From contig JBJHCX010000002.1 of NCBI GenBank assembly GCA_050486245.1, positions 117,448-181,447 of the forward strand: a stretch of DNA of 64,000 nucleotides, written 5' to 3'. The position numbers and the translations under genes are program-made. A model generated the notes under the pieces. That model had not been told where the DNA came from, did not search any database, and worked only from the letters and a program-made list of their open reading frames with translations. Below, piece after piece: positions 1-10,198 of the stretch. Source of the DNA: Rhodohalobacter sp. (GTDB lineage: Bacteria; Bacteroidota; Rhodothermia; Balneolales; Balneolaceae). Each line of letters begins with the position of its first letter. Positions within the stretch are counted from its first letter, which is position 1.

Positions 1-2172
1 AATTTTTCCAGGCCCGAATGTTGCATGCATGACTGCAGTTCCGGTCTGAAACGGATCATCATCATATTCATACTGATAATCGGTTGAATTTGATCCCGTT
101 TTATCTTTTTGAATAGGGGCTTTCCAGTCATATTCATACTCAACGGTGGTGCCCCCTGAATCCTGGTAGTGGTTATTTTTCTGCTTTATGGTGGCACCGG
201 TTTCATCCCGCACAACCCCGGGATCCACTTCATCCAGAAACCTGGACCGCGCCTGGCGCTGCTCTTCACCATATTTGAATCGCATTTTACTGTAACTGAA
301 AAAGAGGTGTTTTTCTGCCCGTGTAATTGCCACATAAAACAGGCGCCTCTCCTCTTCAGTATTGGCCTCCTCACCGTCGCGCGGTCCCATCGGGAAGAGG
401 TTTTCCTCAAGCCCTACAATAAAGATGACGGGAAATTCAAGCCCTTTTGAGGCGTGCACGGTCATAAGGGTAACGGCCGGTTTGTCTTCATCGTACTTGT
501 CACTGTCGGTAATCAGGTTGATCTCCTGCAGAAAGTTGGCCAGTTTCGGATTTTTATTGCCCTGCTGGTAGTAGGCAATGGCATTCTGGAGTTCCAGAAC
601 GTTGTCACGCCGGGTCAGTGCCTGGGCCGATCCATCTTCGACAAGTGCTTTCAGGTAACCGCTCTTTTCGAGCACTTTTTTGGTTACATCCAGGATCGGC
701 GTGCCCGAATCGAGCAGCTCTTTCAGGTTTTCAATCATCTTCACAAAGTCGGCTATGCGTGCTTTTGCCGGTTTGTAGAGGTCGGCCGACTCAACATTGT
801 GCAATATTCTCCAGACACTGCTTCCCGAATTCCGGGCTTTTTTCAGCAGTTCATTCAGTGTCTTGTTACCGATGCCGCGGCTGGGTTCATTGATAATGCG
901 AAGCAGTGCCTGTTCATCTTCCGGATTCACCAGAAGGGTGAGATAGGCTAATACATCCTTAATCTCTTTACGCTGATAAAATGAGAGTCCGCCAACAAGC
1001 TGATAGGCTATGTTTTTACGTCTCAACGCCTCTTCAAAAATTCTACTCTGATAGTTGGTTCGATAGAGAATGGCGAAGTCATTGTTTTGGTAGCCGTGGC
1101 GCAGTTTCAGGTCGTGAATATAGTTGACCACCCTGTTGGCTTCATCCCGCTCATCAAAATTTTGAAGAAGAGTAACCGTATCTCCCTCATCGTTATCCGT
1201 CCAAAGGGTTTTGTCGAGCTGCTGTGTATTCTTTTTGATGATAGAGTCAGCACACTGCAGAATGTGTTTTGTCGATCTGTAGTTCTGTTCAAGCGGGATC
1301 TGGGTTGCGTCCTCATAGTCATTCTTGAAATTGAGGATGTTGGAGATGTCAGCTCCCCGGAACGAGTAGATGCTCTGGGCATCATCACCCACGACGCAGA
1401 TATTCTGATACTTTTGAGCCAGCATTTTGGTCACTTTATACTGTGCGTGATTGGTATCCTGATACTCATCAATCATGATGTACTTAAAGCGGTCCTGGTA
1501 CTTTTCCAGCACATCGGGATGCTCCTCAAAGAGTTCAATAGGCTTGATCAGCAGGTCGTCAAAATCCATGGCATTGGCCTGCTTCAGGCGCTTGTTATAG
1601 ATCTTGTAGACCCTGGCCGTAATATCATCAAGGGTGCTCTGTACAAATCGCTGCTGGTATTGATCGGGTTCGATGAGCTGATTCTTGGCATCACTGATCT
1701 TGAACTGAATGGTGCGCGGCCGAATCTCACGCGGATCAAAATTGAGCTCTTTCAAAATCAGTTTAATTGCATTTTCTGCATCAGAGGTATCGTAGATGGA
1801 GTAGGTGCTGCTGTAGCCAATTTTATCAGCTTCAAATCTCAGAATTTTAGAGAAAATGGAGTGAAAAGTACCCATCCAGAGTCCGGAGGCTTTTTCGCCG
1901 ATCAATCCCTGTATTCGTTCCTGCATTTCACGGGCCGCCTTGTTGGTAAAGGTCAGGGCCAAAATATTCTGAGGCAGGGCGTGCTGCTTTTGAAGCAGGT
2001 GAGCAATCCTGTAGGTCAGCACCCGTGTTTTACCGCTTCCGGCACCTGCAATAATCAAAAGCGGCCCGTGGACATGAGAGGCCGCTTTTTTCTGCTGCTT
2101 GTTAAGCTGATCTAAAAATCCGGATGGAGTCTGGGGCTGGGAAGAATCAGGCTGAAGGGTAAACTGCTTCAT
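1..2172 (-). CDS. pcrA: ATP-dependent DNA helicase PcrA/UvrD (3' end runs off the window)
   Basis: Manual reverse translation from ATG 2172 gives MKQF...LNKQQKKAASHVHGPLLIIAGAGSGKTRVLTYRIAHLL...ILALTFTNKAAREM (SF1 motifs Q, I, Ia). The same frame at the window edge reads ...DPFQTGTAVMHATFGPGKI, the Tudor-like C-terminus. Absent from the ORF track, presumably because its stop lies outside the window. Confidence 0.93.
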   Translation of the reverse strand, partial: MKQFTLQPDSSQPQTPSGFLDQLNKQQKKAASHVHGPLLIIAGAGSGKTRVLTYRIAHLLQKQHALPQNILALTFTNKAAREMQERIQGLIGEKASGLWMGTFHSIFSKILRFEADKIGYSSTYSIYDTSDAENAIKLILKELNFDPREIRPRTIQFKISDAKNQLIEPDQYQQRFVQSTLDDITARVYKIYNKRLKQANAMDFDDLLIKPIELFEEHPDVLEKYQDRFKYIMIDEYQDTNHAQYKVTKMLAQKYQNICVVGDDAQSIYSFRGADISNILNFKNDYEDATQIPLEQNYRSTKHILQCADSIIKKNTQQLDKTLWTDNDEGDTVTLLQNFDERDEANRVVNYIHDLKLRHGYQNNDFAILYRTNYQSRIFEEALRRKNIAYQLVGGLSFYQRKEIKDVLAYLTLLVNPEDEQALLRIINEPSRGIGNKTLNELLKKARNSGSSVWRILHNVESADLYKPAKARIADFVKMIENLKELLDSGTPILDVTKKVLEKSGYLKALVEDGSAQALTRRDNVLELQNAIAYYQQGNKNPKLANFLQEINLITDSDKYDEDKPAVTLMTVHASKGLEFPVIFIVGLEENLFPMGPRDGEEANTEEERRLFYVAITRAEKHLFFSYSKMRFKYGEEQRQARSRFLDEVDPGVVRDETGATIKQKNNHYQDSGGTTVEYEYDWKAPIQKDKTGSNSTDYQYEYDDDPFQTGTAVMHATFGPGKI

Positions 2173-2285
2173 TAATAAACTTGTGTTTACAGGATCATTT
2201 TCAATCTGTAAAACTACGAATTTATCATGAGAGAGTGGGAAAAAAACGCAAAATTTTAGAGTCCCCTTCAATCGGCAGGTTTAAT

Positions 2286-3596
2286 TTACAGCAGCAGCAG
2301 GAATTGCAGATCCATCAGGTTGTTCCCGGTAGGGCCTGTGATAAGATGTCCGCCTGCTTGTTTAAAGAAGCTGTAGCTGTCGTTCTCCATCAGGAAAGAT
2401 TCAGGGTTCAGTCCGTTTGCCCGGGCTTTGCGCAGGGTGTTGTGGTTTGCGAAGGCTCCTGCAGCGTCTGTCGGGCCATCCACTCCGTCGGTGCCGGCGC
2501 TCAGAAAGAGCGCTTTCCGGTTGAGTTCGGGCAGCCGGATTGACATACGAAGGGCAAGCTCCTGGTTGCGTCCGCCTCTGCCCGGTCCGGTTACGTTCAC
2601 ATACGATTCACCGTAAAAGATGAGAAGGACAGGATCTGATGCTGACCGTGCGGATGCACGCTCCATGATATGGTCGGCCAGTTTATGGACAGGGCCATTC
2701 CAGGGCGTTTGATCCACCACAGCCGGGATCTTTTCCGAGTGCTCCCAAAGTTGGCAGGCAGTGTGTGCGGCCATTTTGGCCGAACTGATGATGATCTGTC
2801 GGTGTCCTGGGATCTCATGGGTGGTGATTTGGGCATTGAATGGCCTGTTAGGTGCTATAAACAGATGTTTAATTACCTTTTCCGGAACGGTATCGGATAA
2901 TTCATATCTCTTCAGGATCTCTGCGGCCATTCTGCAGGAGATGGTTTGTGCGGTTGTGGGGCCGCTCCCGATATCGGCCGGGTTATCATCCGGCACATCC
3001 GATATGATCAGATCGATCAGTTCAGTGTGGCGAAGGTATTTGAGCATTTGTCCCCCTTTTATGGCAGAGAGGGCTTTACGCACCGTGTTGATTTCGTGGA
3101 TGTCGGCTCCTGATTTGAGCAACAGGCTGTGTGTGGACTGCAGATCGTTCAGGGTGAGATTGCCGGCCGGAAGGCACAGCAGGGAAGAGGTTCCGCCCGA
3201 AAGCAGGTTTAGTACGAGGGAACATTCAGGAATGGATTGACAGAATTTCAGCAGTCTTGATGCCGCCTCCATGGAGGATCTGTCCGGTTCCGGGTGACGG
3301 GCCGGAATTGCCTGAATGTTGGCAAATGAGCAGGTGATCGAATCAGGGTGGACAATCATGCCTGCAGTCAGGTGATCTTCAAGAATGGTTTCAGTGGCTG
3401 ATGCCATCTCGCAAGCGGCTTTACCGGATCCGATGACATAAAGGTTTCGGTTTTGCAGGGGAATTGGATGGTTTTGGCACAAAAGGCGGTTATTGGCAGT
3501 ATCTATAGCAAGAGTGTTGTGAATTGCCGACCGTGGGGAGGTATGTTTCAGCGTCTTCAGGAAAATATCTTCGATTTTTTTCTGAAAAATTTTCAT
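2286..3596 (-). CDS. Glycerate 2-kinase, class II (DUF4147 + MOFRL domains)
   Basis: GSGKAA, HPEPD, LSGGTSSL, IKGG, SDVP, GRGGRNQEL, GTDGVDG and TGPTGNNLMD motifs. Confidence 0.9.
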   Translation of the reverse strand: MKIFQKKIEDIFLKTLKHTSPRSAIHNTLAIDTANNRLLCQNHPIPLQNRNLYVIGSGKAACEMASATETILEDHLTAGMIVHPDSITCSFANIQAIPARHPEPDRSSMEAASRLLKFCQSIPECSLVLNLLSGGTSSLLCLPAGNLTLNDLQSTHSLLLKSGADIHEINTVRKALSAIKGGQMLKYLRHTELIDLIISDVPDDNPADIGSGPTTAQTISCRMAAEILKRYELSDTVPEKVIKHLFIAPNRPFNAQITTHEIPGHRQIIISSAKMAAHTACQLWEHSEKIPAVVDQTPWNGPVHKLADHIMERASARSASDPVLLIFYGESYVNVTGPGRGGRNQELALRMSIRLPELNRKALFLSAGTDGVDGPTDAAGAFANHNTLRKARANGLNPESFLMENDSYSFFKQAGGHLITGPTGNNLMDLQFLLLL

Positions 3597-3788
3597 TCGG
3601 GAAAGGTTTGAAATTTCTTTAATTACCCCTTAGTGCACCCTGGAATAAGCCTGACGGGTCTTTTTTTATATTAAAATTCTCTAATATTTAAATAAAAATG
3701 TATATCTTGACAATTGTGCATCAGTAGCCATTTGGCTGCAGGCTGGTGTATGTCACAGTATAAGCGATCAGTAACAAGCTTTTCAACT

Positions 3789-4358
3789 ATGGGTATTGAT
3801 ACTAAAAATCGACGGGTAGATTATTCGGCATTGGTTACGTACCTGCAGGAGGATAATACCCGAAAGGTAAATCAGCTATTGGACGAGATGATTCCAAAGC
3901 TGATTGAATATCTTCAGGTTACCATTGGGGTGAATGCAGATATTGCTCGTGAATGTGTGCAGCAGGCATTTCTTAATGTATATGAGCGGATTATAGGGGG
4001 GGAGTTGAAAGATCCCAAAACGATCCTTTCCTATATGATGCAGACTTCGAGGAATGAGTATTTCAACTACCGGAGGAAAAACAGCAAGCTGGTGGCCGAC
4101 GAGCTGGTCAGGGAGTCGGTATCAGAGCCGGCCGAGCAGATCGAGAGGCTGATTGATGAGGAGAGAAAGACCAAACTTTTCAAATGTATTGAAGAGCTGG
4201 ATGATGATTCGCAGCTTTTTATCCTCTATTTTATGAATCACCCTGACGCTACAACAAAAGAGGCCAGCAGCTATTTTGGCATGAGTGAAGCGAATGTACG
4301 GACCAAAAAATACAGGATCACACATCAGCTTCACGCACTCTACCGCTACAGGGAGTGA
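3789..4358 (+). CDS. ECF-type sigma-70 family RNA polymerase sigma factor
   Basis: About 190 aa. Region 2-like ARECVQQAFL...SYMMQTSRNEYFNYRRK and region 4 HTH-like TTKEASSYFGMSEANVRTKKYR. ATG 3789 chosen as start. Confidence 0.8.
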   Translation: MGIDTKNRRVDYSALVTYLQEDNTRKVNQLLDEMIPKLIEYLQVTIGVNADIARECVQQAFLNVYERIIGGELKDPKTILSYMMQTSRNEYFNYRRKNSKLVADELVRESVSEPAEQIERLIDEERKTKLFKCIEELDDDSQLFILYFMNHPDATTKEASSYFGMSEANVRTKKYRITHQLHALYRYRE

Positions 4359-4501
4359 TCTCAAAAGGGGCTGATTTCTAGCTGTAAACAATAGTTTTTA
4401 AATGAAGTGCAATAACGGAAAGAAACCGGCCGGATCCGCCTGAATATTGAGGTGAGCTTTTTGTATATTATCCAGCTTTAGAAAAGGATAATCCCCATAG
4501 T

Positions 4502-5473
4502 TTGAAATTCATAACATCTTACGCTTCAAAAATTGAAGAGGGACTGAGCCGAATTCCTTATCCCGCCCGGCCGGTTTCACTCTACGAGCCGCAAATGTAT
4601 ATCCTGAGTAATGGCGGCAAGCGCATACGTCCGATATTGACGCTGATCAGCTGTGGCCTGTGCGGGCAGGATCCGGAGAAGTCAATGCCGGCAGCCGTTG
4701 CTGTTGAGCTGCTTCACAACTTTACGCTGATTCATGATGATATTATGGATCAGGCTGAGAGCAGAAGGGGAAATCCTGCCATTCATATCAAATGGGATGA
4801 GGCGACAGCAATTCTGGCGGGCGACAGCATGTTTACCTATGCAATGCTGCAGCTTCAAGACCTGGACGATGAAATAGATCACAAAGCGGTTTCAGGTGTT
4901 TTTCTGGAGTCTGTCAAGACGGTATGCGAAGGGCAGGCATTCGATATGGAGTTTGAAAACAGGCTGGATGTGACGGTCGGGGAGTACCTCTCCATGATAG
5001 AGGGGAAAACCGGTGCGCTGATCAGTGCTGCCATGAGAATGGGGGGGATGGCTGCCGCTGCCGATTCAGACAAGCTCCAGATGCTGAGTGAAATCGGGCG
5101 TTCGCTGGGGCTGGCCTTTCAGATACAGGACGACTGGCTGGATGTGGTTGCCGACCCCGAAAAGTTTGGAAAACGAAAGGCCGGTGATATCTATGAAGGC
5201 AAGAAAACATTTCTGCTGTTAACCGCGTTAGAACGGTGCAGCGACTCTGAGAAAGAGGAACTTCTTGGGTTTCTTAAGAATAAACCACTGTCTGACAGCC
5301 AGGTTAACCAGGTGATCTCCCTGTTCAACCGCCATGGCGTACTCGATGACATTCGGCAGGAGTTTCTGTCTCAGTATAAAAAAGCTGAAAATGCACTGAA
5401 ACGATTTGATGATTCCGTTTATAAACAAGATCTTCAACAATTGATAAATTACCTGAAAAACCGTGAAATTTAA
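4502..5473 (+). CDS. Polyprenyl diphosphate (GGPP/FPP) synthase
   Basis: GGKRIRP, first Asp-rich motif HDDIMD...RRG, second motif FQIQDDWLD, EGKKT; TTG start. Confidence 0.93.
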   Translation: MKFITSYASKIEEGLSRIPYPARPVSLYEPQMYILSNGGKRIRPILTLISCGLCGQDPEKSMPAAVAVELLHNFTLIHDDIMDQAESRRGNPAIHIKWDEATAILAGDSMFTYAMLQLQDLDDEIDHKAVSGVFLESVKTVCEGQAFDMEFENRLDVTVGEYLSMIEGKTGALISAAMRMGGMAAAADSDKLQMLSEIGRSLGLAFQIQDDWLDVVADPEKFGKRKAGDIYEGKKTFLLLTALERCSDSEKEELLGFLKNKPLSDSQVNQVISLFNRHGVLDDIRQEFLSQYKKAENALKRFDDSVYKQDLQQLINYLKNREI

Positions 5474-5477
5474 TTTA

Positions 5478-6293
5478 ATGCGTACTCTTTTATTTCTATT
5501 TGCTGCTGCTTTTCTATTTACATCCTGCCGAAGCACTGATTTAATTCGCCCCGGCGATTCCCTCGAAGTTGCATTTGAAAAAGCGATGAACCAGTATGAG
5601 CAGGAAAACTGGTCGGATGCTGCCCGCGCACTTGAAACGGTCATCTCGATCGGAAGGGGTACGGATATTGGCCAGGAGGCTCAATTTTACCTTGCTGAAA
5701 GCTATTTCAATAACCGCCGCTACCTGATAGCCGCTTCTGAATATGAGCGGTATGCACAATTCTATCCAAACTCACCCCGGCGTGAACTTGCCGATTTTAA
5801 AAATGCTCTTGCCTATTATGAACTGAGTCCCCGTTTCAACCTGGATCAGACCTATACCCGCAGGGCGATCGACCGTTTCAGGCTCTTTATGTCACGCTTT
5901 CCCAACTCGGAATATGCAGACGAAGCCGGTGAATACATAAGTGAACTTCGTGACAAACTGGCCCGAAAGACCTTTGAGGCCGGTGAGTTCTACAAGCGAA
6001 CCAATCGCTATAATGCCGCCGCCACCTACTACGATATTGTGATCGACAACTATCCGGAAACAAGATGGGCCGAGCGTTCCCTGGTCTCTCAGATGGAATC
6101 TTATATCCTGTATGCAGAAAACAGCGTCAGGGCCCGTCAGGAAGAACGTTTCGAGCTGGCTCTGGATAGCTACAACACGTACCTGCAGCTCTTCCCAAGA
6201 GGTGACAGCCGCAGCCGTGTTGAAGACCTCTACGACCGTGCCCAAAGCGGACTGCGTGATGTCAGGCAGCGCGACTCAGAAGCTCAAAGCTAA
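5478..6293 (+). CDS. bamD: Outer membrane protein assembly factor BamD (lipoprotein)
   Basis: Lipobox FTSC, TPR helices, LDQTYTRRAI...FPNSEY...LRDKLARK pattern. Confidence 0.88.
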   Translation: MRTLLFLFAAAFLFTSCRSTDLIRPGDSLEVAFEKAMNQYEQENWSDAARALETVISIGRGTDIGQEAQFYLAESYFNNRRYLIAASEYERYAQFYPNSPRRELADFKNALAYYELSPRFNLDQTYTRRAIDRFRLFMSRFPNSEYADEAGEYISELRDKLARKTFEAGEFYKRTNRYNAAATYYDIVIDNYPETRWAERSLVSQMESYILYAENSVRARQEERFELALDSYNTYLQLFPRGDSRSRVEDLYDRAQSGLRDVRQRDSEAQS

Positions 6294-6298
6294 ATAGT

Positions 6299-6877
6299 GT
6301 GAAACGGATCGGGATTTTTGGGGGATCATTCGATCCGGTACATACCGGGCACATAGAGTCGGTTCAATCTTTTTTAAACAGTCGCCTGATTGATGAGGTG
6401 TGGGTACTTCTCACACCCGATCCTCCCCATAAATCGGGCCGCAAGATGGCCCCCTTCAGTAACCGCATGGAGATGCTGCAGCTTGCATTTGGAGATCATA
6501 AAGATGTCACCATCAGTGATGTCGAGAATAGTCTCCCGTCTCCCTCATACTCCCTTCAAACGGTAAGGCATCTGAAAAGCCGCTATCCCGACGATACCTT
6601 TTTTCTCTGCCTGGGGGGCGACAGCCTTGCCGAATTCCATACATGGCATAAATACCGTGAAATTCTGAAAGAGTGCAGCCTGATGGTGGTGCTCCGGCCC
6701 GGTTTCAGCAGGGAAGGCATATCCGATGAAATCCTTGAAAAAACAGTGTTTGTAGATCACAAACCGGTCAAAGCGTCCTCTACACAAGTTCGAAAAGACG
6801 CTTCTGCCTCAGATCAGATTTTGCCCGCACAGGTGAAAGAGTATATCGAAAAACATCAACTTTACAGAGCTCAATAA
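6299..6877 (+). CDS. nadD: Nicotinate-nucleotide adenylyltransferase
   Basis: IGIFGGSFDPVHTGH, PPHK, PSYS, LGGD...WH and SST motifs. Confidence 0.95.
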   Translation: MKRIGIFGGSFDPVHTGHIESVQSFLNSRLIDEVWVLLTPDPPHKSGRKMAPFSNRMEMLQLAFGDHKDVTISDVENSLPSPSYSLQTVRHLKSRYPDDTFFLCLGGDSLAEFHTWHKYREILKECSLMVVLRPGFSREGISDEILEKTVFVDHKPVKASSTQVRKDASASDQILPAQVKEYIEKHQLYRAQ

Positions 6878-6883
6878 TTGACC

Positions 6884-7891
6884 ATGAAACGAATCGATTT
6901 TCTAAAAACCGCTGGGCTGGGTGCAGCCGGGCTATCCATGATCAGGGCAGCCGGAAAACCAGACTCGCCGTACCGGCAGCTGGTGAAGCCTGAACGGCTC
7001 AGGGAAGGGGATACCGTTGCACTGACAGCTCCTGCCGGAATCGTCTATGATGAGTCGGAGTTTGATCGAATGAAACGGGAACTGGAGAGTTTCGGGCTGA
7101 ACGTGGTGTTCGGGCGTTATGTGAGGGAACGACACGGTTATCTGGCTGGTACCGACGGGCAGCGGGCCCACGACCTGAATGGCTTTTTTGCTGACAAGGA
7201 TCTCCGGGGAATTGTAGCCGTGAGGGGCGGCTGGGGATGCGCGAGAATCCTGCCGTATCTCGATTTTGATGTGATCCGGAAAAACCCCAAGATCTACTGC
7301 GGGTTCAGTGACAATACGACCCTCCACATGGCATTCCTGAAATATGCCAATCTGATATCCTATCACGGGCCCAATGGCACATCCGATTGGACCGAATTGA
7401 CCAGAAACAGCTTTAAAAGCGTCTTAATGGATGCTGAGGCCGTTGAGTATCAGTCGAACAGCAACGTGGATATCATCTATCCCGGCAGTGCAGAAGGCCG
7501 GCTTATCGGTGGAAACCTGACCATTCTGACAACCACACTGGGGACGGAATATCAGCCGGATACACGCGGTGCCATCCTTTTTGTGGAAGATATTGCCGAA
7601 CCGGTTTATAAAATTGACCGCATGCTGATGCACCTGAAACATGCAGGCGTGCTGCAACAGATCAACGGACTGATCTTCGGAGGGTGCACCAACTGTCCGG
7701 ACCCGGCACGATCTCATTTCACCCTTAAAGAGGTGCTGCGTGATCACTTGCGGCCGTATGGAATCCCGGTTGTGATCGGAAAAGATATCAGCCACGACCC
7801 CGACAACTTTACCCTTCCCCAGGGCGTAATGGCCCGGTTCAATGCCGACCGCGGAACCATCAGGCTGCTGGAAGCAGGAGTGACGGGGTAA
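6884..7891 (+). CDS. ldcA: LD-carboxypeptidase (peptidase S66) with Tat-like N-terminus
   Basis: RGGWG, GFSDNT (Ser), GGNL, FVED (Glu), SH (His); N-terminus KRIDFLK-AGLGAAG. Confidence 0.88.
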   Translation: MKRIDFLKTAGLGAAGLSMIRAAGKPDSPYRQLVKPERLREGDTVALTAPAGIVYDESEFDRMKRELESFGLNVVFGRYVRERHGYLAGTDGQRAHDLNGFFADKDLRGIVAVRGGWGCARILPYLDFDVIRKNPKIYCGFSDNTTLHMAFLKYANLISYHGPNGTSDWTELTRNSFKSVLMDAEAVEYQSNSNVDIIYPGSAEGRLIGGNLTILTTTLGTEYQPDTRGAILFVEDIAEPVYKIDRMLMHLKHAGVLQQINGLIFGGCTNCPDPARSHFTLKEVLRDHLRPYGIPVVIGKDISHDPDNFTLPQGVMARFNADRGTIRLLEAGVTG

Positions 7892-8053
7892 GTTTCAGGT
7901 TTCAGGGTTCAAGGTTTTCAGTGATCAGTGAACAGTGTCAACAGTGCCAACAGGTGTTCAGTGAACAGTGATCAGTGTCAACAGTGCCAACAGAGTTTTC
8001 ATGTTGGCTAAAAATTTTGCCTTTTGCCTTTTCACTTCTTCACTTCTCCACTC
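7892..8053. repeat. Short tandem heptamer-type repeat patch containing a duplicated 37-bp block
   Basis: gtttcag x2, (cagtga[a/t]) runs, 7917-7953 nearly identical to 7957-7993, then ttttgcc and ttcactt repeats. Confidence 0.85.
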
Positions 8054-10039
8054 TCAATACTCAAGCAGTTTGTTCAGGTTCTCTTCAAGCCGGTGAGTGG
8101 CCAGGTAGCCTTTTTCAAGTTCGCGGCTGAAGGGAACAGGGGTCTGGAGTGAGGAGCAACGCATAATCGGTGCATCCAGCCAGTGAAAACCGCGTTCGGT
8201 GATTCCTGCGGAGAGTTCGCTCATCGGGCCCAATATCTCAGAGGACTCCTGCAACAATAACACGCGTCCTGTTTTTTGAACCGATGAGAGTACCGTATCC
8301 CAGTCGATCGGGGAGAGTGATCGCAGATCAATAATTTCAAGTTCAATTCCCTGTTTGCTGTATGCTTCGGCAATATCGGATGCCCAGTGAACTCCATAAC
8401 CATAGGTGACAATCGTTGCCCCGGTGCCTTCACGGCAGACAGATGCTTTCTCTAGGTCAACCAGTCTGCAGGTATCGGGTGTTATCTCCTTGATGCTTCG
8501 ATAGAGCTTTTTATGCTCAAAAAAGAGGGTCGGATTGTTGTCGTAAAGTGAGGTGTAGAGCATGTTTTGCGCATCCTGTACGGTAGAGGGAACCAGGATC
8601 CGGAGTCCGCTAAGCTGCATGAACCAGCCCTCCGGACATTGAGAGTGAAAGGGTCCGGCTCCGACTCCCCCGCCAAAAGGAGCCCGGATCGTCACATTCA
8701 GGTCGGGCATCCAGCGGTATCGGCCTTTGGTTAAATTGTTGGCGATCTGGTTAAATCCGCATGAGATAAAATCGGCAAATTGCATTTCCACGACCGGTTT
8801 AAACCCTTCAATAGCGAGTCCGATTGCGGCTCCAATGGCACCCGACTCAATAATCGGTGTATTTCTGATTCGCTCTTTCCCAAACAGGTCGATAAACCCT
8901 TCAGAAGCTTTAAAGACGCCGCCGTATTCAGCGACATCCTGTCCCATCAGAAGAAAGGAATCATCTTCCGTGAAGGCTTGCTTCTGAGCCAGATGGATGG
9001 CGTCAATCACCCGTTTTTCTGAGGAGGATCCGTTTTTGGACTTGGGTGCGGGCTCAGGCTGAGCACTCAGGCCAGCGCGCTGCAGTTCAGCTGATTCATC
9101 AAATACGGGTTCTTCGCCCTCCAGCGCCCGGTTCAGGTCGGCGGCAAAGCTCTCTTTGATCTCCTTTTTAATGGAGTCCATCTTCTTTTTGGTGAGAAAC
9201 TTTTCATTTAACAGCCACTCTTCATACCGTCTGATCGGATCCTTCTCAGACCACTTTTCAAAGAGCTCATCTGGCACATAGAAGGTACCGGAGGCCTCTT
9301 CATGGCCCCGCATTCGAAACGTTTTGGCTTCAATCAATACCGGTTTTCCCTGCAGTGCCAGCTTGCGGGCTTTTGAAACCGCTTCCTGGACGTCAAAAAA
9401 GTTGTTTCCGTCAATGATCATGCCTTCCATGCCATAGCCGGCCGCTCGATCGGCCAGGTTTTCACAGGCAAACTGTTCGGAGGTTGGGGTGGAGAGTCCG
9501 TAGCCGTTGTTTTCAATCATAAAGATGACCGGCAGCTTCCAAACGGCAGCAAGATTCAGCGCTTCGTGGAAATCGCCTTCACTGGTGGCACCGTCACCGC
9601 AAAAGCTGAGGGCCACGTTCTGTTCGCCGCGCAGCTTGGCAGCGAGTGCAATGCCATCTGCAACGGGCATGGTGGCTGCCAGGTGAGAGATCATACCGAA
9701 GATACGATGATCGGTTGTGCCAAAGTGAAATGAGCGGTCTCGTCCGCCGGTGAAACTATCTTGCTTTCCAAATAGTTGTGAAAAGAGAGTGTAGAGCGGA
9801 ACCTCACGGGTGGTAAAGACTCCGAGGTTGCGATGCATGGGCAATATATAGTCTTCTCGATGCAGAGAGAGTGCAGCACCCACCGAGATGGCTTCCTGTC
9901 CGATTCCTGAAAACCACTTGCTGATTTTGTTCTGGCGCAGCAGATTGAGCATGCGCTCCTCAATTAAACGGGGGAGCAGCAACTGCCTGTAGATATGGAG
10001 AGCATTTTCCTGATTTATTTTTTTTCCGGGGGCTATCAT
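8054..10039 (-). CDS. 2-oxoisovalerate/2-oxoacid dehydrogenase E1, fused alpha+beta subunits
   Basis: TPP motif GDGATSEG...N and RMRGH in the alpha half; GQDVAEYGGVF, NTPIIE, EMQFADF, PFHSQ in the beta half. Confidence 0.92.
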   Translation of the reverse strand: MIAPGKKINQENALHIYRQLLLPRLIEERMLNLLRQNKISKWFSGIGQEAISVGAALSLHREDYILPMHRNLGVFTTREVPLYTLFSQLFGKQDSFTGGRDRSFHFGTTDHRIFGMISHLAATMPVADGIALAAKLRGEQNVALSFCGDGATSEGDFHEALNLAAVWKLPVIFMIENNGYGLSTPTSEQFACENLADRAAGYGMEGMIIDGNNFFDVQEAVSKARKLALQGKPVLIEAKTFRMRGHEEASGTFYVPDELFEKWSEKDPIRRYEEWLLNEKFLTKKKMDSIKKEIKESFAADLNRALEGEEPVFDESAELQRAGLSAQPEPAPKSKNGSSSEKRVIDAIHLAQKQAFTEDDSFLLMGQDVAEYGGVFKASEGFIDLFGKERIRNTPIIESGAIGAAIGLAIEGFKPVVEMQFADFISCGFNQIANNLTKGRYRWMPDLNVTIRAPFGGGVGAGPFHSQCPEGWFMQLSGLRILVPSTVQDAQNMLYTSLYDNNPTLFFEHKKLYRSIKEITPDTCRLVDLEKASVCREGTGATIVTYGYGVHWASDIAEAYSKQGIELEIIDLRSLSPIDWDTVLSSVQKTGRVLLLQESSEILGPMSELSAGITERGFHWLDAPIMRCSSLQTPVPFSRELEKGYLATHRLEENLNKLLEY

Positions 10040-10198
10040 TAATAAGAAATTTATGTGTAATTTATTTGTTTAATCAAGGTTCTGAACCGAACCCGAAATG
10101 TAAAAAACCACTGACCCTTATGGACAGGAAAAAACGACAATTAGTCAAACACTATTTATCGAAAACATAGCTTTTAACAAATAAATTATTCTGGTGAA

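Noticed and set aside
169-2115. Plus-strand ORFs 169-450, 454-951 and 1087-2115
   Set aside because: Antisense shadows of the minus-strand pcrA/uvrD gene, which has clear helicase motifs
7892-8053. Repeat patch as a CRISPR array
   Set aside because: Only two ~37-bp units 3 nt apart, no unique spacers and no cas genes
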